Of a DNA stretch of 64,000 bases, positions 58,693 to 64,000 are shown piece after piece. Each line of letters begins with the position of its first letter. Position 1 is the first letter of the stretch. The position numbers were made by a program, and so were the translations under genes. This DNA comes from an uncultured Chthonomonadaceae bacterium (lineage in GTDB: Bacteria; Armatimonadota; Chthonomonadetes; Chthonomonadales; Chthonomonadaceae), in contig CAWIEK010000049.1 in assembly GCA_963835065.1 (NCBI GenBank), forward strand, positions 448,001-512,000, read 5' to 3'. The notes under the pieces were generated by a model, which saw nothing but the letters and a program-made list of their open reading frames with translations, did not search any database and was not told the DNA's origin.

Positions 58693-61600
58693 ATGTCTGC
58701 TTTGTCCGCTTTTCGCAGGAAGATTGGTTTGCGCCGCGTCCTTGCCGCTTCTGTAGGCGTTGGAGCGTTGTTGGGAGATCGGCAGTTTCGGGACAGCCCG
58801 CGCAGGCTGCCCCGCCGCACTATGCGGACATTATGCCTTTGAGTCAGGTAAAGCCGGGAATGACCGGGTACGGCCTGACTACGTTCAAGGGCACGACGGT
58901 TTCGCGCTTTGAAGTGACCATTATCGGTATCGAGCGCAAGGTGAACAACGGGCATGACCTGATTCTGATTCGCATGAAGGGCGGCCCGATCACCGAACGG
59001 GGCGCGAACCTGATTCACGGCATGAGCGGCAGCCCCATTTATATTAACGGCAAGTGCATCGGCGCGTTCTCGCAGGGCGAAGCCTGGCCCAAAGAACCCG
59101 TCGGCATGGTCACGCCCATCGAAGATATGCTGGAAGCGTGGGACCCGGATATTCCCCAACAGCCCCCCTATTTCCAGCCCGCCGACAAGCAGCCCACGCC
59201 GAACGCGCCTACTAACCCATCGCCGACAGACAAAGACAAGCCGGAAGCGAGTAAAGGAAAAAAGGAAAAGGGCAAAACCACCCGCGCGGGTATTTACCCT
59301 CAACCCTCAACTCTCAACCCTCAACCTGTGACAGTGCAGTTGTCCACGCCTGTAACGGTTGGCGCTCGGCGGATTAAAACCATTGTGCTGAATGCGGGGC
59401 CGAACAGCGCTTGGCAAGTCGGGACGATTGCGCCGTGCTGCACCGGGCGACCTCATTTGCAGTGGTCAGCGGCGTCAGCGACAAACAGCGCGAAGCGTTC
59501 CAAAAGGAACTGGACAAGCGCGGCTTTGCTATGACACTTATGCAGGGGCCGGCAATGGCGGCGGGCAAGGCCAACATTCCCGCGTCGTCCTTAAAGCCCG
59601 GTTCCGTGTTCGGCACGTTTTTGTCGTCCGGGGATGTAGAATTCGGCGCGTTCGGAACCGTGACGTACCGCAAGGGCAACCGCATTTTGGGCTTCGGGCA
59701 TCCGTTCTTCGGATTGGGGGCGCTCAATGCCGCCACGACAACCGCGTCCGTCGTAGACGTGTTTTCGGGCTTGCAGACTTCGCACCTGATTGCCGAAGCC
59801 GGCCCGGTTGTTGGCACGTTCACGCAGGATCGGAATTTTTCGGTGGGCGCGGAATTGGGCCGCAAACCCATACAAATTCCCTTTACCATCACGGTCAATG
59901 ACCAGACCATGCACCATAGCCAGACGTTCCACACGCAGATGTTCCAGCATCCCGACCTGACCGCCGCGCTGATGAGCATGATCGGGCAGGCGGCGGTATC
60001 GCGCATTCACAACATGCCCGGCGACATGATGGCGCGGGTGACGACAACGGTGGACGCGGGCGAAGTGGGCAAAACCACGCGCACCAACCTGCTGTTCGAC
60101 GCCGACGACATTTCGCAGGCCGTGACACATGACCTGACCGACATTACGGGCATTATCAGCGGCAACCCGTTTTATCCCCTGCCGATTAAAAGCGCGAGTA
60201 TGACCGTGAACCTGTACAGCGGGCACAACACGGCCACCATTGAGCGCATCTTTCTCAAGCAGGGACGCTACGAACCGGGTGACACGCTGGAAGTGGGCGT
60301 CGTGCTGAAACCGTATCGCCGCGACCCGATTTTCAAAAATTTAACGCTGAAAATTCCTTCCGACACACCGACCGGACGCTACGCGCTTGCGGTGCGCGGC
60401 GGTTCGCCGACCGTAACGCGCATCGGCCCGTTTGTTCTCAGCGGGGGCGGAGCGCCGGACACGCAGACTCCTCCCGTCAACGTCCGGCAGATGATCGCTC
60501 GCTTAAACGCGCGGGAAACCAATACCGACATGGTAGCGCGTCTGGTGCTGAACACCGCTGCCCCTGCTATCGAAGGGGAAAAACTGTCGCAACTGCCGCC
60601 CAATCTGGCCGTGCTGATGCGCAGTGACCGCAACTCCGGCGTCCGAATCGAGCGCGACGAATTGCGAGCGAGTGCGCCTACGGATTATGTTGTGAGCGGG
60701 ACGCAGCAGCTTGTCGTGACCATTGTGCGCAAGAACACGCAGGAAGTGCCCGGCGCGGTCACGTTCCCAAGTTCTTCGGGCAGTTCCTCAGCAGGCAGCA
60801 GTTCCTCCTCCTCGTCGCTGCAATCAGGAAGCAGCAGCGGCGCTTCCGCGCAGGACGATGACGCGAAAGCAGCGCCGGACAGCGTGAACATGGGACTTTT
60901 GCAGTTGGGCAGTGAAACGCAGCGCTGGTTTGATGAATTGACCGGCGCGAATAAAGCAAAGCCGCAGGAAACGGCTGCCGAGCAGGACCCTTCCGTGAAC
61001 CCGCTCAAGCCGACGGCTCCCGACGCCAAAACCAGGCAGGACAAGAACTCTAAAACCAAAAACACGAAGCAGGCGGTGGCGGCTCCGCCTGCCCCTGCTG
61101 CCACTCCCGCCGCTGCCGCCACAACCGGGGATACCAAGCCCGCAACCACGCCTAGCGACAACGAACCCGTGAAAATCGTCGCCCGCCAACTGCAAGTGTG
61201 GCGGCAGTCGGGCGCGAACGGCTTTGCGTCCGGCAAGTTCATGGGAACCAGCGTGACGGCAACGGGGGAACTGCGCCTTGCGCCCCGCCTGCGTCGACTG
61301 GCAACTACGAATGAAACCTATATCTGGTCCGTCGTAACCGACAATGACGGCAACGTGTACGCGGGAACCGGCACATCGGGCAAAATCCTGAAAGTGGATG
61401 CAAGCGGGGCGGTGAAAACATTCGCGCAGTTGCCTATCGTGTCCGTGCAAAGCCTGCTGATGGCGCGGGATGGAACCTTGTGGGCAGGCAGCAGCGTGAA
61501 GGGACAACTGTTTCACGTCAAGCAGGACGGCACATTCACGCTGACCGCCACCCTGCCGGAAAAATATATCCTTGCGCTTGCCGAAGACAGCGCGGGAAAT

Positions 61601-63355
61601 CTGTACGTCGGACCGGGCGGCGGCGGCAACATTTACAAAGTGCCTGCCGGCTTCAACGCGCCGGACGCCACGCGCCCGGACACCTTGAAGCCGTTCGTGA
61701 AAACGCCTGCCGATTACGTCACGTCCATGACGATTGACGGCAAAGACAATCTGTATGTCGGCACAGGCAACGAGGGTATCGTCTACCGCATCACGCCGGA
61801 CGGCAAAAGCAGCGTCCTGTACGACGCTAAAGAAAACAGCATCACCGCGCTGGCAATGATGCCGGACGGCAATCTGTACGCGGGAACGGGGCCGAAGGGA
61901 CTGCTGTACCGCATCACGCCCGATGGCCTCGCCAGCGTCGTTTATGACCGCGCCACCAGTTTCTATACGGGCTTGCGCGTGGCAAAAGACGGTTCGCTGT
62001 ACGCAACGACGGTCAATGCCGCGTACCATATCACGCCTTCCGGTTCCGATCCGGCGCGTCCCGTTGTGCAGCCGCTTGATAATCCCCGCGACGTGGACTT
62101 TCTGACGCTCGGCCTGCTGCCGGACGGTACGCCCATCATCGGCACGGGCAACATCGGCGAGTTGTACACGGCGGCAGGCGACAACAGCGGTTCCGGGGAA
62201 GGCCGTCAGCCGGGTTCGGGAACGTTTGAAAGCGTGATTCACGATTCCAAAGTGGTGAGTCAATGGGGCGCGCTGCGCGTCAACGCCCTGCTCAATGGCG
62301 GCGCGAAACTGGCAATCGCAACGCGAACCGGCAATGTGGCGGAACCGGATTCAACATGGAGCGACTGGAAAACGGCCACGCCCATCGGCAACAATGAAAA
62401 CCGCGTTACCAGCCCGCCCGCCCGCTTTATCCAATATCGCCTGATGCTGTCACCGTCTTCCGGGACATCGGGAACCACAAGCGGCATTGGCATGAACGCG
62501 CCTTCGGTGCGCGAAGTAAGCCTGTCCTACATGCCGCGCAACCAGGCTCCCCGCGTGGCGTTTGTGTTGCCGCAGGGTGGCGAACGCTGGGCCAAATCGC
62601 AAACCATTCGCTGGTCGGGCATAGACCCGGACGGCGACACGCTGAGTTACGAACTGTTCTATTCGACGGATGGCGCGAATTGGAAGCCCCTACCCACTGC
62701 GGCAACGGCTTCCACCAGCGCGTCCACAACTACAGCCGCCATCTCCACATCCGGCACGGGCAGGAATGTGGCAGCCGCTACGCCCGCGCTTTCGCTGGAC
62801 GAAGTTCAGAAACGCTTGGAAGCGCAGAACGCGCCCGAATCGGTACGCCGCATGGTGCTGGAATCCGCGCAGCGCCGCCTTGCGGCGGGCGGAGACGGGA
62901 GCGGAACAGGAGGGGCCGGCTCACGGGAAACCTCCAAAACGTGGGACACGAAAAGCCTGCCGGATGGAACCTACTGGCTGAAAATCGTGGCTTCCGATTA
63001 TCCGAGCAACCCCTCCGATGCGCAAACCGCGCAGGCGATTTCCGACCCATTCGTGATCTGTAACAGCCTGCCGCAGCTGACGATGAGCGGAACGCCGCTT
63101 GTTGGCGCGGACCGTCGCGTCACCCTGTCCGGCAGCGCGACACAGGGCCTGATCTCAATCACAGCCGTGCAGTATCGCGTAGACGGCGGCGACTGGCTGG
63201 CTGCCGCCGCCCGCGATGGCCTGTTCGACTCGACCAACGAAGGCTTCGCGCTGACCACGCTGCCCCTGACGCCCGGCAAGCACACGATTGAAGTCGCCGC
63301 CTTCAACGCCGCCAGCGGCAAAACCACGCAGCGCGTCGAAGTGACCGTGCCGTAG
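58693..63355 (+). CDS. SpoIVB/S55 peptidase fused to beta-propeller and Ig/FN3-like domains (indels near 58800 and 59410)
   Basis: MPLSQVKPGMTGYGLTTF, GMSGSPIY, GTVTY, FGHPF; repeated DGNLYAGTG-type blades; TRTGN..EPDSTWSDW, SPPARFIQYR, DPDGDTLSY. Confidence 0.85.
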
Positions 63356-63679
63356 CGCCTCACCGAGCGTACATTCGTAGATATGGCTCCTCGTCTGGCC
63401 GCGCAGCCAAATGAACACGTACAAGCGCTGAAACCGTGTTCGTTTGCGCGGTCAGGAGTGGGAGCCACTTTTTATGCGGGCTGTAGCAGTCCATTGAGGA
63501 ACGGCAGGAGAAAACTATGGCAATCGCGCAATCCGACCTGTTGCCACAACCGATGACGTATGAAAGTGCGCCTTACACATGGAAGCCTGGCATAAAATAC
63601 ATGACCCGGTAGCGAAAGTTCGCCGCCAGGTTGTTGGCTCTGGTATACTATACACAGACACAAGTATCTGGAGAAGCCC

Positions 63680-64000
63680 ATGATGCAAACAGAATTGTTG
63701 GAGCGGATACCTGCACAGGATTGGGAAGCGACCCCTGCTTCTGTGCGAACATTGTTGCTTTCTCTACTGCCGCTGGAAACGGAAGTTTCCGCCTTGCGCG
63801 CTCGATTGCTGACGTTCGACCAGAACAGGGAAACCGCAAGTAACCAAATACAACTAACCGGCAGTGACCGTTATCAGGATTTGGTGGAGAAGCTGCTGAT
63901 AAGCGGCTTGAGCGCAGAAGAAACACAAGAGATGGAACGCCTGGGAGCGCAGATGGATACGCAAAGCGCGCCTTTCTACAAAGCGGCATTGCTGCGCATG
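63680..64000 (+). CDS. Hypothetical protein (runs off right edge)
   Basis: Hand translation: GGAG RBS, MMQTELLERIPAQDWEATPASVRTLLLSL..., open for 107 codons. Confidence 0.6.
   Translation, partial: MMQTELLERIPAQDWEATPASVRTLLLSLLPLETEVSALRARLLTFDQNRETASNQIQLTGSDRYQDLVEKLLISGLSAEETQEMERLGAQMDTQSAPFYKAALLRM

Noticed and set aside
1..64000. rRNA, tRNA, integrase, intact transposase or prophage genes
   Set aside because: None recognised by inspection; a tRNAscan/Rfam run would be needed to exclude small RNAs fully.

Overview
Bacterial, GC-rich chromosomal window. The gene content (PEP-CTERM protein, lipoproteins, SpoIVB-like and GHL10 proteins, FG-GAP protease) suggests an Armatimonadota-like diderm; this is inference only. 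Many genes are broken by single-base indels, most likely long-read assembly errors. Contents: a vWA / coiled-coil membrane / DUF2135 operon at the left edge; a GH42-like protein; a signal peptide-HEAT-TM-NACHT protein; a HisKA_2 kinase; a full rrf2-sufB-(uma2)-sufCDSU-sufT-sufA operon with a sigma70 promoter and an IscR-type operator; a Tat-exported PaoABC-like molybdoenzyme operon with a candidate Moco RNA motif and two accessory genes; a cytochrome P450; a PDZ-TPR-CHAT protease / atypical ECF sigma / zf-HC2-DUF928 anti-sigma module facing a PEP-CTERM gene; a DUF559 nuclease inside four mirror-symmetric REP-like repeats; a glycosylation operon interrupted by an ABC-ATPase/DUF4276 pair; GHL10, a trypsin-FG-GAP protease, two cyclophilins, hisF, hisI and a large SpoIVB(S55)-propeller fusion. 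The most striking non-genic signal is about 20 short elements built from 7/8/9-mer tandem arrays, often as inverted arms around a unique spacer. They sit at gene junctions and in several cases are translated in frame inside proteins. No rRNA, tRNA or CRISPR array was seen.
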